A stretch of DNA of 64,000 bases from an uncultured Clostridia bacterium. Lineage in GTDB: Bacteria; Bacillota; Clostridia; TANB77; CAG-508. Positions within the stretch are counted from its first letter, which is position 1. Each line of letters begins with the position of its first letter. Shown one piece after another: positions 1 to 9,542 of the stretch. The stretch is from assembly GCA_948676835.1 (NCBI GenBank), contig CAPOZU010000007.1, forward strand, positions 17,908 to 81,907. The letters run 5' to 3'. A program made the translations under genes and the position numbers. The notes beneath the pieces were generated by a model. That model was not told where the DNA came from. It saw only the letters and a list, made by a program, of their open reading frames with translations, and did no database searches.

Positions 1-534
1 AAAGGTATTGTTTATATAAAAGATATTTTATTATCAACTAAAAATAAAAGTGTAAAAGTAAAAAATCTTGTAAAAGAAGCATATTATATACCAGAAACAA
101 AACCTTTAAATGAACTTTTTGAGGATTTAAGAAAAAATAGAAAACAAATTGCTATTGTTGTAGATGAATATGGTGGAACTGCTGGTATAGTTACAATGGA
201 AGATATTTTAGAAGAGATTGTTGGCGAGATTTACGACGAATATGATTTGGTAGAAAACAATATTGAAAAAGTGGATGAAAACACATATTTACTAAATGGT
301 AGTGTATCAGTAGGAGAAGTAGAAAAGGTATTAGATATAGAAATACCAGAAGGAGATTATGAAACAATTTCTGGATATTTAATAGAAGAACTTGGAAGAA
401 TTCCAGATGAAAAGGAAAAACCTATTATTGAGACAGAAACTGTTATTTATAAAATCGAATCTGTAAAAGATAAAAGAATAATAAAAATTAAAGCATGTAA
501 AGTAAATAAAATTGAAGAACAAGAGGAAGAATAG
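1..534 (+). CDS. Hemolysin/CorC-family protein, C-terminal part (CBS pair + CorC_HlyC domain); 5' end outside window
   Basis: Frame 1 is open from nt 1. Translation ...RKQIAIVVDEYGGTAGIVTMEDILEEIVGEIYDEYD... is the typical CBS-to-CorC_HlyC junction. Confidence 0.8.
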   Translation, partial: KGIVYIKDILLSTKNKSVKVKNLVKEAYYIPETKPLNELFEDLRKNRKQIAIVVDEYGGTAGIVTMEDILEEIVGEIYDEYDLVENNIEKVDENTYLLNGSVSVGEVEKVLDIEIPEGDYETISGYLIEELGRIPDEKEKPIIETETVIYKIESVKDKRIIKIKACKVNKIEEQEEE

Positions 535-898
535 GAGTACACATTAAATCCTTTTAAAATTCACATAAAAAACACTCAAAAAAATGTAGGTAATGTTATA
601 ATCAAATCAATTTAAAAGAGAGTTTAAAAATTTTGAAAGGGTAAATGTGAACGGCTATGGAAAATTTAAAAAATATAATGGATGTTAATGAAAATATTGT
701 AGGAGCTTCTTCTTTAAATAGAATTATGATTGATGAGAAAATAGAACAAGTAAGAGTATATTGTGGAGCAAGTGATTCTTATTTTGAAGATATGTAATTT
801 TATTTAAAATAAAATTAAAAACTGTTTGAATTTTTTAAAGTTTTGTGATATTTTATATATGTAAATTTTAAAATTATACATATTAAGGAGAGAGTGAA

Positions 899-1216
899 AT
901 GCAAAGAGAAGTTAACGAAGAAAAAAGAGCAAAATTTATGGAATTCGCAGGAAAAAGAGTAAATAATGTATTACATGACATTCAAATTTTAGAACCAATG
1001 GCAAGAAGCAATTCGTATGATTTTACTAAGCAAGATGTTGATGAAATGTTTGATGCTATGCAAAGTTCTTTAAATGATGCTAGAGAAGAATTTTATAGAA
1101 AGTTTGAAGAAAAAGCAAAAGCTGCTAAAAAAACATTTTCGTTTGGAACAACTGTTGCTAAAGATGAGGGTGAAGAAATAATTTCAGAAGAAACAAATAT
1201 AGAAGAAAATGTTTAA
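899..1216 (+). CDS. Hypothetical small acidic protein
   Basis: 105-codon ORF with a strong RBS (aaggagagag) 5-6 nt upstream of the ATG. No family recognised. Confidence 0.5.
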   Translation: MQREVNEEKRAKFMEFAGKRVNNVLHDIQILEPMARSNSYDFTKQDVDEMFDAMQSSLNDAREEFYRKFEEKAKAAKKTFSFGTTVAKDEGEEIISEETNIEENV

Positions 1217-1423
1217 AAAACATCAAATATATAATTAAATAATATAAATAAAAGTAACTAGATAATTATATTTAGTTACTTTTTTATGTAAAAAATAATA
1301 GCATTCTTAATTGATAATCGAAATAAATGAAAGTGATAAAGTTTTTATGTCCTGTGTTTTTTAACAAATAAATAAACTATAACATATTATGAATTACAAA
1401 TAAATATGAAAAGGAGAGAGTTT

Positions 1424-1990
1424 ATGAATTGTCAATCTGTGAATGAAAGCAGAAAATATTTATATGAATTTTTCCAAATATTAAATAATATGGAAAATAA
1501 AGTGTTAAATGCCCCTATTACAGATAATATAACAATAAATTTTATTAGAACGATGGTTTCTTATCATCAATCTGCAATATATATGTGTCAAAATTTATCA
1601 AGATTCACACAATATGAATCTTTAGAAGAAATTGCAAGAAATATTATAAGTAATCAAACTAAAGGTATTTCTGAAATGAGAGAAATAGCAATTACAACTT
1701 CGGGATATTCTAATTCTAGAAGAGATGTTAATCTTTATGAAAAATCTTTTTTTTGTATAACTAAGCAAATGATTTGTAGAATGAGAAATACACCAAGAAG
1801 TAATGATATTAATTTGAATTTTGTAGATGAAATGATACCTCATCATGAAGGTGCAATAAAAATGTGTGAAAACGTGATGAAGTATAGAGTTGATCCAAGA
1901 CTTTTGGAAATTTCCAACTCTATAATTAAAAAACAAAGTGAAGAAATAAAAGAAATGGAAGAAATACAGAGAATACTGTATAATAGCTAA
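1424..1990 (+). CDS. DUF305 domain protein
   Basis: Two repeats of the DUF305 motif (MVSYHQSAIYMC and MIPHHEGAIKMC). RBS aaggagag favours ATG 1424 over ATG 1406. Confidence 0.7.
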   Translation: MNCQSVNESRKYLYEFFQILNNMENKVLNAPITDNITINFIRTMVSYHQSAIYMCQNLSRFTQYESLEEIARNIISNQTKGISEMREIAITTSGYSNSRRDVNLYEKSFFCITKQMICRMRNTPRSNDINLNFVDEMIPHHEGAIKMCENVMKYRVDPRLLEISNSIIKKQSEEIKEMEEIQRILYNS

Positions 1991-2000
1991 GTTGGTTTTC

Positions 2001-2029
2001 TTGACAAAGATAGGAAATGGTGATACTAT
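2001..2029 (+). promoter_or_regulatory. Sigma-A type promoter of the GC-richer island 1
   Basis: TTGACA (2001-2006), 17-nt spacer, TACTAT (2024-2029). Confidence 0.5.
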
Positions 2030-2098
2030 AGGTTACATAATTTGTAATATAAGATTTAAATGTAGCTATTAATTAGTTTTTTTAAGGAGATGGATATT

Positions 2099-2959
2099 AT
2101 GTTTAATATCAGGGAGAAAAATGTTGAAGTATTTGAGGATACAAAACGGTTATGTAAAACTAATAATCGTTTAATTAATGTAATCCGAGAATCAAGTAAC
2201 AAACAGTACATTGTAATGGCAGGCGAGAATATTGAAACTACAAAGGAGCACAGATTTAAAGAACCTGCTATGGTTTTGGTATCAAAGAAAAGGAGTTTGG
2301 AAGCGGCAAGTAAATATGTTGGACAAAAGGTTTGTGTTCACAATTTTGCATCTGCAACAAATCCAGGTGGCGGTGTATTAAAAGGATCCAGTGCACAAGA
2401 GGAAGCTATCTGTAGGTGTAGCACATTATATTTTAATATAAGCGAGCCTAGTATTGTTGATGAATACCATGATTTTCACAAAAGGATGTTAAGTGAAGGA
2501 AAAATGGATGTCACCTATAATGATGACTGCATTTATACTCCTGATGTGGTAGTATTTAAATCAGATACACGTATTCCGGAAGTGATGGAAGAATGTTATT
2601 GGTATAATGTAGATGTTATCACATGTGCAGCGCCAAACCTTAGACCAGATGCAAGTAATTATATGAATCCTGATTCGGGAAGTGCTAAAGTAGAACTTAC
2701 TGATGAAGAATTGAAGAACTTGCATATAAAGAGAATGCGTAGAATTCTTGATATTGCAAAGCGAGAAAATGAAGATGTAGTAATTTTAGGAGCATTTGGC
2801 TGTGGAGCTTTTTATAATTCTCCTAAGGTTGTTGCAGAAGCAATGCTGATTGTAATTAAGGAATATTTATATGATTTCAAAACAATCGAGTTTGCAGTAT
2901 TTTGTACAGAAAAAGATAAGAAGAATTATGAGGAATTCAAAAAGATACTTCAGCCATAA
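2099..2959 (+). CDS. TIGR02452/DUF2263 family protein (PARG-like macrodomain)
   Basis: Motif NFASATNPGGGVLKGSSAQEEAICRCSTLY matches the family signature. Alternative start ATG 2090. GC-richer than its surroundings. Confidence 0.75.
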   Translation: MFNIREKNVEVFEDTKRLCKTNNRLINVIRESSNKQYIVMAGENIETTKEHRFKEPAMVLVSKKRSLEAASKYVGQKVCVHNFASATNPGGGVLKGSSAQEEAICRCSTLYFNISEPSIVDEYHDFHKRMLSEGKMDVTYNDDCIYTPDVVVFKSDTRIPEVMEECYWYNVDVITCAAPNLRPDASNYMNPDSGSAKVELTDEELKNLHIKRMRRILDIAKRENEDVVILGAFGCGAFYNSPKVVAEAMLIVIKEYLYDFKTIEFAVFCTEKDKKNYEEFKKILQP

Positions 2960-2967
2960 CAAATTAG

Positions 2968-2996
2968 AGGCAGTAGAGGGAAACTCTACTGCCTTT
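2968..2996 (+). terminator. Hairpin after the macrodomain gene
   Basis: aggcagtagag-ggaaa-ctctactgcct stem-loop. The following T-tract is weak. Confidence 0.45.
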
Positions 2997-3042
2997 AACA
3001 TTATATTTTAGAAATATGATGATTCTAAAAGTTACTTATTGC

Positions 3043-3071
3043 TTGAAAATTCTGGGAAATCGTGCTATAAT
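3043..3071 (+). promoter_or_regulatory. Sigma-A type promoter
   Basis: TTGAAA (3043-3048), 17-nt spacer ending in TGC, TATAAT (3066-3071). Confidence 0.55.
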
Positions 3072-3119
3072 AGTAAACGTTAACATAAAAATATAATAAT
3101 CTGAAAGGAGATTTTGAAT

Positions 3120-4247
3120 ATGGTAGCAATTGATACAATTCAAAACGAAACTAATAACAAGGTTGTAGCTGCAACAGTAGTAAGACTTCAACCGCTTCAC
3201 AATGGACACAAACAATTTCTTGTCAAATGGGCACGGAAGGGAAAAATCGTTGTAATGATTGGATCCTGTTACGAAAATGGTGAAGAACGGAATTGTATAC
3301 CAGCTTCTGAAAGAGAAAAAATGGTGAGAGCTGTTTTTAAAAGAGCTGGAATTACAGAATCTCAGTTTGAAATCATAACCCAGGAAGATACCGAAACATT
3401 TGATGAGTGGATTGGCAATGTCAAGGAAGCCTGCAATATGTATGGCGTTACTCATTTTATAACAGGAAACCAAAAAGACATTCTTGATGTTTTGAGGCAA
3501 AGAGGCGAATCTTTAGGAGCCGAAATGATAAATCCGGAAGAAGATTCAGATTTTCCTTATCATGCAACAGATATAAGAAAGCTGATAATTGACGGAAATT
3601 ACGAGGAATTAGATAAGTTAATTCCAGATGAAGTAAAGCCAATTCTTTTCAAGTATACCTTTAAAGAAATTATTGCAGCAAGCAGAAATCAGGGGATTAA
3701 ATTTGTTCCTGGACGCCAAACAGTAGATGTTATTTTACTTGTGAGAAATACTATTGATGGTAAAGTATATGTCATGCTGGGAAAGCGTTCCAATAAAAAG
3801 GTAGATTTCCAAGGATATCTTGGACTTCCTGGAGATGAAATTAAGAAATTTGAAACCCCGATGAAGGCCGCAATACGAGCTTTTAGAAAGGTTACAGGAT
3901 TGGAAATTAAGATGCTAGACAATTCATTAGAACCTGCAATTATTAGATTTTCTAATATTCCTGGTTCCAATTTGGAGCAGATGCATATTATTGGAATTTA
4001 TAGTGCAGAAGATGAAAGTTTGGCAGGAACTCGTGGTGGATCTTCTCAGTGTTTTGGCATTTTCTTTGAAGATGATATTTCCAAATATGAGAAATATATA
4101 AATTTGGAAGATGACACAGTAACTGATGTGAAGTTTTATGAAGTAAGTCAAGTTCTTAGAGAAGGTCTTGCTTACCAGCAAACTGAAATGTTAGAAAAAG
4201 CGATAGCAATGCTTAATGCTTATCCTAATTTAACAAAAGAACAGTAA
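3120..4247 (+). CDS. Bifunctional NMN adenylyltransferase-like / Nudix hydrolase (NadM-Nudix type)
   Basis: N-terminal cytidylyltransferase HxGH motif (RLQPLHNGH). C-terminal Nudix box-like GLPGDEIKKFETPMKAAIRAFRKVTGLE. RBS ggag 9 nt before ATG 3120. Confidence 0.7.
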   Translation: MVAIDTIQNETNNKVVAATVVRLQPLHNGHKQFLVKWARKGKIVVMIGSCYENGEERNCIPASEREKMVRAVFKRAGITESQFEIITQEDTETFDEWIGNVKEACNMYGVTHFITGNQKDILDVLRQRGESLGAEMINPEEDSDFPYHATDIRKLIIDGNYEELDKLIPDEVKPILFKYTFKEIIAASRNQGIKFVPGRQTVDVILLVRNTIDGKVYVMLGKRSNKKVDFQGYLGLPGDEIKKFETPMKAAIRAFRKVTGLEIKMLDNSLEPAIIRFSNIPGSNLEQMHIIGIYSAEDESLAGTRGGSSQCFGIFFEDDISKYEKYINLEDDTVTDVKFYEVSQVLREGLAYQQTEMLEKAIAMLNAYPNLTKEQ

Positions 4248-4292
4248 CCTGATGTATGAGAACAATGTAAGTGATTGAAGAGGAGAAAACTG

Positions 4293-5222
4293 ATGAAAAA
4301 GTTGAGTTCAGAAAATGTTCGGTCTAAAAGTCTTATAAAGTCTTTGGAGGGTAAAAAGGTAACTATTCTGGGACATGATAATATTGATGTGGATGCAACG
4401 CTTTCTGGAATATTGATGTCCAGACTTCTTGATTTTCTTGGAATTGAAAATGAGTTTTGCATCTTAGAGAAAGTAAAAGAAAATGATACCTATGAAATTA
4501 TTCGGGAAATGTTTGGAATGGACATGAGAAAATGGGAAAAAGTTGGAGAAGATAAGAAAAGAAATCTTTTGCTCCTTGACCATTATGAAACAATCCATGC
4601 TGGAAATGTGATTGCTTGTATTGATCATCATCCAAACAATGCAGGTAAGAAGTATCATTTCATGTATACCAGAAATGCATGTGCAGCGGCATTCCTCATT
4701 TATGAGATTATGCTGGAAGTAGGTTATCCAATTGGTGAAGAAGAAGCAAAAATGATTATTGTCTCTATGTTGGTTGATACTACTGCTTTTAGGAGTAGTA
4801 AAACTATCAAAGAAGAGGCAGATCAGGCCAAAGTTTTGGCGACAGAATTCCATTTGGATTATGGAGTTCTGGAAAAATATTGCTTATGTTTAACACCAAT
4901 TAACAAGCTTACCATTGATGAGATTATTTCCAATGGTCAGAAGTGGTATGATTACAGTGGTAATAAAGTAGGCTCTGCATATTTACAGTTGTATGGATTG
5001 CCTGAAGAAAATGTTCTGAATAACTGGTTGGAAAAATTGGAAGAAAAAAGATATGAAACTGATAGCACTATGTTGGTATTTATCATTTTCGAAACAGAAA
5101 AAAATCTTACCTACGAATACAGAATTACAGAAGATGGCATTGATAAATTTGTGAAACTTGGCATCTTGTCCAGAGGAAAAGATATCATGCCTGTGATTGA
5201 AAAAAGATATCTTCCTGATTAA
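4293..5222 (+). CDS. DHH/DHHA2 family phosphoesterase (family II inorganic pyrophosphatase-like)
   Basis: GHDNIDVDATLSG, LLLDHYE and IDHH motifs, and a DHHA2-like MLVDTTAFRSSKT. Length is about that of PpaC. Confidence 0.6.
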   Translation: MKKLSSENVRSKSLIKSLEGKKVTILGHDNIDVDATLSGILMSRLLDFLGIENEFCILEKVKENDTYEIIREMFGMDMRKWEKVGEDKKRNLLLLDHYETIHAGNVIACIDHHPNNAGKKYHFMYTRNACAAAFLIYEIMLEVGYPIGEEEAKMIIVSMLVDTTAFRSSKTIKEEADQAKVLATEFHLDYGVLEKYCLCLTPINKLTIDEIISNGQKWYDYSGNKVGSAYLQLYGLPEENVLNNWLEKLEEKRYETDSTMLVFIIFETEKNLTYEYRITEDGIDKFVKLGILSRGKDIMPVIEKRYLPD

Positions 5223-5234
5223 AGGAAGGATAAA

Positions 5235-5270
5235 AGAGAGCTCATCTGAGAAGGATGGGCTCTCTTTTTA
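5235..5270 (+). terminator. Rho-independent terminator ending island 1
   Basis: agagagctcatc / gatgggctctct stem followed by ttttt. Confidence 0.75.
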
Positions 5271-5429
5271 TTGTTGACAATATATAAGAGCAAGTAATAC
5301 AATTATTTTATAAAAAAAGAAAACTTTTTCTATACTTAATCGTATAAATCCTTTTCAATTTTAAACTTTTAATATATAATTAGAAAAACTGTTAACAATA
5401 TATTAAAAAATAAAGGGAGGAAAACATTT

Positions 5430-6311
5430 ATGGAAAAATCAAAAGTTTATTTTTGCAAAGAGATTACACCAGAAAATGTTGTGAAAATGTTTGAAAAATT
5501 AGAAAAAAACTTACCTGGAAAAGTAGCAGTTAAGGTACATTCGGGAGAAGAAGGAAATCAAAATTATCTTCATCCAGAATTTATGAGACCAATAGTAGAA
5601 AAAGTTAATGGAACTGTTGTTGAGTGTAACACAGCTTATGATGGTGAAAGAAACTATACAGATAAACATAAAAAATTAATGGAAAATCATGGATGGACAA
5701 AATATTTTGATGTTGATATTATGGATTCTGAAGATAATGATATAGTATTAAATATTCCAAATGGAAAAGTTATTAAAGAGAATTTTGTTGGAAGAAATAT
5801 GGAAAACTATGATTCAATGTTAGTATTATCTCATTTTAAAGGACATCCTATGGGAGGATATGGCGGAGCATTAAAACAATTATCTATTGGTTGTGCTTCT
5901 TCAAGAGGAAAAGCATGGATTCATACAGCAGGAAAAACAAAGGATCAAACAAAATTATGGGATTTTGTAGCCAAACAAGATGAATTTTTAGAAGCAATGG
6001 CAGATAGTGCAAAATCTGTAGTAGAATACTTCAAAGGAAATATTGCTTATATTAATATTATGTGTAATATGTCTGTAGATTGTGATTGTTGTAGCATAGC
6101 AGAAGATCCTTGTATGAAAGACATTGGAATTTTAGCATCTTTAGATCCAATTGCTATAGATCAAGCTTGTATTGATTTAGTAAAAAATTCTGATGATCCA
6201 GGAAAAGAACATTTCTTAGAAAGGGTAAATTCAAGACATGGAACTCATACAATTGATTCTGCAGCAAAATTAGAATATGGAAATAAAGAGTATGAATTAA
6301 TTGAAGTCTAA
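5430..6311 (+). CDS. DUF362 domain protein
   Basis: KVAVKVHSGEEGN, VECNTAY and LSHFKGHPMGGYGGALK resemble DUF362 proteins of Clostridia. Strong RBS aagggagg. Confidence 0.65.
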   Translation: MEKSKVYFCKEITPENVVKMFEKLEKNLPGKVAVKVHSGEEGNQNYLHPEFMRPIVEKVNGTVVECNTAYDGERNYTDKHKKLMENHGWTKYFDVDIMDSEDNDIVLNIPNGKVIKENFVGRNMENYDSMLVLSHFKGHPMGGYGGALKQLSIGCASSRGKAWIHTAGKTKDQTKLWDFVAKQDEFLEAMADSAKSVVEYFKGNIAYINIMCNMSVDCDCCSIAEDPCMKDIGILASLDPIAIDQACIDLVKNSDDPGKEHFLERVNSRHGTHTIDSAAKLEYGNKEYELIEV

Positions 6312-6454
6312 ATAAATTAGAAATCTCACAAATATGTGAGATTTCTGACTTTAGATAAAAATGTTAATGATAGTTGACAAAATTTCAAAGTTAAATTGGT
6401 AGAATGCAACCCATAAAAATCGTATAATTTTATCAGAAAGGAAAGGTGCATAAA

Positions 6455-7168
6455 ATGAATATAGGAGAAAAATTATTTGAATTAAGAAAAAACAAAAATC
6501 TATCACAAGAAGAAGTTGCAGAAAAACTAAATGTAACAAGACAAACAGTTTCTAAATGGGAAACAAATCAAAGTACACCAGATTTTGATAAAATTGTACC
6601 ATTATGTGAGTTATTTGAAATAAGCACAGATGAATTATTAAGAGGTAAAAAATCAGAATCACAAGTAGAAGAAAATGATACAAATATTTTGGAAAAGCAA
6701 GAAAATAATACAGAATTAAAAGATGATATTAAAACAGAAGAAAATATTATGACAAAAGATGAGCTTAGAAGAAAAGCAGCAGGAGAGATAAGTACATCAA
6801 TATTTATTTATATTGCAGCAATAGGTGTGTTTATTGCTATAGTTGATAATACAAATATAGATGCAAGTATAGCTGTAGGATTACTTTTACTAGCTTGTGC
6901 ATATGCAACAGCTAGAATTATAAAAGGTTGTATGTCTATGCCAAAATCAGATGAGACTAAGGAAGAAATGAATAAAAAAGAAAAAAAGGAAATATTAAAA
7001 TCTATAAGATGTATTATATGGTGCTTAATTACAGCTCTTTATATAGTTTTAAGCTTTGTAACTATGGCATGGCACATTACATGGGTAATATTTATAATAG
7101 GTGCGGTAATAAGCGAGATTGCTAAATTATGTTTTTTATTAAAGGATGGTGAATATAATGAGAAATAA
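6455..7168 (+). CDS. XRE-family HTH regulator with C-terminal transmembrane region
   Basis: N-terminal LRKNKNLSQEEVAEKLNVTRQTVSKWETNQSTPD (HTH_3), then hydrophobic helices. RBS favours ATG 6455 over GTG 6446. Confidence 0.8.
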   Translation: MNIGEKLFELRKNKNLSQEEVAEKLNVTRQTVSKWETNQSTPDFDKIVPLCELFEISTDELLRGKKSESQVEENDTNILEKQENNTELKDDIKTEENIMTKDELRRKAAGEISTSIFIYIAAIGVFIAIVDNTNIDASIAVGLLLLACAYATARIIKGCMSMPKSDETKEEMNKKEKKEILKSIRCIIWCLITALYIVLSFVTMAWHITWVIFIIGAVISEIAKLCFLLKDGEYNEK

Positions 7169-7961
7169 ATCTTTAATAATAACATTAATAGTACTTTTAT
7201 CAATAATTGCAATATTGCTAACAGTATTTTTAGTACTTGCTATATTGGGAGTAGAATTTCCCTTTTTTTCTAATAACAACTTTAGAGAGATAAATAAAAA
7301 TATAATATTTGAGCAAAACTTCGAACCAGAACATATAGATAAAATTGATATAATATCAGATTGCGGAGATATTAAAATTCTTGAAAATTCAGAAAATAAT
7401 ATAAAAGTAACAATATATGGAAGAAATGATAGAAGTTTGAAAGATATAAATTTTTCAAATGAAGAAGGAATTTTAAAATTTGAAATTAGAGGAATGAGCA
7501 ATAAAATTATAAATTTTGGTTTTTCTGAAAATGATATAGTTATTTATGCTCCTAAAGAAATTATAAAAGAAATAGAAATAAAGAGTAGTTATGGAGATAT
7601 TGAAATTGGAGAATTTGAAAATGCTTTAGTAGATTTAAAACAAGATTGTGGAGATATAGATATTGTGAAAATACAAAATGCTATAATAAAATCTTCATAT
7701 GGAGATGTAAAAATAACTTCTCTATTAAATAAATGTGATATAGATTTAAGTTGTGGAGATATAAAGATTGAAAATCTTCGAATAAATGAAGACTCAATTA
7801 TAAAAAATGATTTGGGTGATATTAAAATCGAGAAAACAAATGATATTTTTATTGATGGAAAGACAGATTTAGGAGATGAGAAAATAGAAAATAATAATAG
7901 ACATTCAGAAATTACATTAACTCTAAAAAATAGCTGTGGAGATATAAAAGTTAATAATTAA
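7158..7961 (+). CDS. DUF4097 family beta-strand repeat protein (putative adhesin fold), membrane anchored
   Basis: N-terminal TM helix and reiterated GDI(K/D/E)I repeats. Overlaps the upstream HTH gene. Alternative start 7146. Confidence 0.7.
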   Translation: MRNKSLIITLIVLLSIIAILLTVFLVLAILGVEFPFFSNNNFREINKNIIFEQNFEPEHIDKIDIISDCGDIKILENSENNIKVTIYGRNDRSLKDINFSNEEGILKFEIRGMSNKIINFGFSENDIVIYAPKEIIKEIEIKSSYGDIEIGEFENALVDLKQDCGDIDIVKIQNAIIKSSYGDVKITSLLNKCDIDLSCGDIKIENLRINEDSIIKNDLGDIKIEKTNDIFIDGKTDLGDEKIENNNRHSEITLTLKNSCGDIKVNN

Positions 7962-7965
7962 TTTG

Positions 7966-8006
7966 AAAGTGAAATTTAAGAAATGTTCTTAAATTTCACT
8001 TTTTTC
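7966..8006 (+). terminator. Rho-independent terminator (member of the GTGAAATTTAGG palindrome family)
   Basis: aaagtgaaatttaagaa / ttcttaaatttcacttt stem plus T-tract. Confidence 0.8.
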
Positions 8007-8136
8007 TTAAAAAATTATTAAGATAAAAAAATAATGTTGTTATATGTTTTTTATAGTGATATGATAATAAAGTAATAAAAGGAAAAATTTTACATAAATT
8101 TATACGAGTAAATCAAAAAAATAAGGAGTACATGTT

Positions 8137-9516
8137 ATGACAAGAGTTGCTAAAAAAGATAAAAGTAAAAAAGAAAAAAGTAAGAAAAACAAGTTAAAGA
8201 AAATAGTAATTATTGTAGCTATATTAATTATTATTGGAATTATTGTTTTTTGTATGTTTAATAAGTTAAATGAAAATAATCAAAAAGATGAAAATAAAAT
8301 TGCAGTTCAAGCTGTTAGTATACTTACAGGAAGCATGAACACAATGGAAAATCGTTTTGCAGGAGTTGTAGTTTCTCAAAAAACTATAAAATTGCAAAAA
8401 GAAGAAAATAGAACTGTAAAGAAAATTTATGTCGAAATAGGACAAGCAGTAAAAACAGGTGATAAATTATTTGAATATGATACAGATGAAATAAGTACAA
8501 AAATAGATCAAGAAAGTTTGGAAGTAGAAAAATTGCAAAATAGTATTGCCAATTCACAAAAACAAATAGAATCTATTAATGCAGCTAAAGCTGAGAATCC
8601 AGGTGGAGATCATACTTCATATAATTTGGAAATACAAACACTAGAAAATGAAATAAAACAAACTCAGTATAATATAACATCTAAAAATAATGAAATAACA
8701 AGATTAAGAAAATCTCTAAAAAATACCGTTGTATTATCTGAGATAGATGGAATTGTTCAGAGTATAAATGATTCAGAAAATCCAGATTCTACTAATATGG
8801 GATATGATTCTGGAACTCAAGATAATTCATATATGTCAATAATGCAAACAGGGCAATATAGAGTTAAAGGAACAATAAATGAACAAAATATGTTTTCTAT
8901 TAATGTAGGAGAAAAGGTTATTATTCACTCAAGAGTTGATGAAAATAAGACTTGGGGAGGAACAATAGAAAGTATAGATACATCAAATCCGGAAAAAAAT
9001 TCTGATGGTTATGGATATGTAATGATGGGAGATGATTCTTCAAATAAATCTTCTAAATATCCATTTTATATTACATTAGATTCAATGGATGGACTTATGA
9101 TGGGACAACATGTTTATATTGAAAAAAATATTGGTCAAGGAGAACCAAAAGAAGGATTATGGCTTTCAAATTATTATATAGTTGAAGAAAATGGAGAAAG
9201 TTTCGTTTGGGTTTCTAATAAAAAAGACAAGTTAGAAAAAAGAAAAATAAAAATTGGAGAAAAAGATGAAGAACTTGGCCAATACCAAATAGTAGAAGGA
9301 CTTACTGAAGAAGATTATATAGCAATTCCACAAGAAAATTTAGAAGAAGGTTTAGATGTAAATAAATTTGATACAATGGATGTACCGATAAATAATCTAG
9401 ATACAAACTTTGATGATTCTATGATGATGGAAGGTGGAGAAGTAATGACTATGGAAGAAGTTCCAGAATCAGGAGAAAGTCAAGCTATAGAAAATAGTGG
9501 AGAAGTAGCTTTATAA
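8137..9516 (+). CDS. Efflux transporter periplasmic adaptor subunit (HlyD/MacA-like)
   Basis: N-terminal TM anchor, lipoyl-like segment (VKTGDKLFEYD), long coiled coil and beta-barrel C-terminal region. First gene of an ABC efflux operon. Confidence 0.75.
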   Translation: MTRVAKKDKSKKEKSKKNKLKKIVIIVAILIIIGIIVFCMFNKLNENNQKDENKIAVQAVSILTGSMNTMENRFAGVVVSQKTIKLQKEENRTVKKIYVEIGQAVKTGDKLFEYDTDEISTKIDQESLEVEKLQNSIANSQKQIESINAAKAENPGGDHTSYNLEIQTLENEIKQTQYNITSKNNEITRLRKSLKNTVVLSEIDGIVQSINDSENPDSTNMGYDSGTQDNSYMSIMQTGQYRVKGTINEQNMFSINVGEKVIIHSRVDENKTWGGTIESIDTSNPEKNSDGYGYVMMGDDSSNKSSKYPFYITLDSMDGLMMGQHVYIEKNIGQGEPKEGLWLSNYYIVEENGESFVWVSNKKDKLEKRKIKIGEKDEELGQYQIVEGLTEEDYIAIPQENLEEGLDVNKFDTMDVPINNLDTNFDDSMMMEGGEVMTMEEVPESGESQAIENSGEVAL

Positions 9517-9542
9517 TAAATAAAATAAAATGAGGATTAGAA

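Noticed and set aside
3234-3290. A general CGGA motif-driven error or modification site, meaning any CGGA is affected
   Set aside because: Many CGGA tetramers occur in other codon phases without disruption, for example aaC-GGA at 19960-19964, gtC-GGA at 54594-54597 and atC-GGA at 35132-35135. Island genes read in-frame CGG_A as Arg. The effect is tied to reading phase in host-type genes, not to the DNA motif alone.
1622-4853. Various minus-strand ORFs inside DUF305 and the island 1 genes (1622..1936, 3036..3500, 3457..3642, 3689..3970, 3927..4181, 4220..4462, 4464..4853)
   Set aside because: All overlap well-supported + strand genes and lack RBSs or recognisable motifs.
7300-7961. DNA-level tandem repeats in the DUF4097 gene
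   Set aside because: The repetition (GDIKI/GDIDI...) is at protein-motif level with diverged codons. It is not a nucleotide repeat array or a CRISPR.
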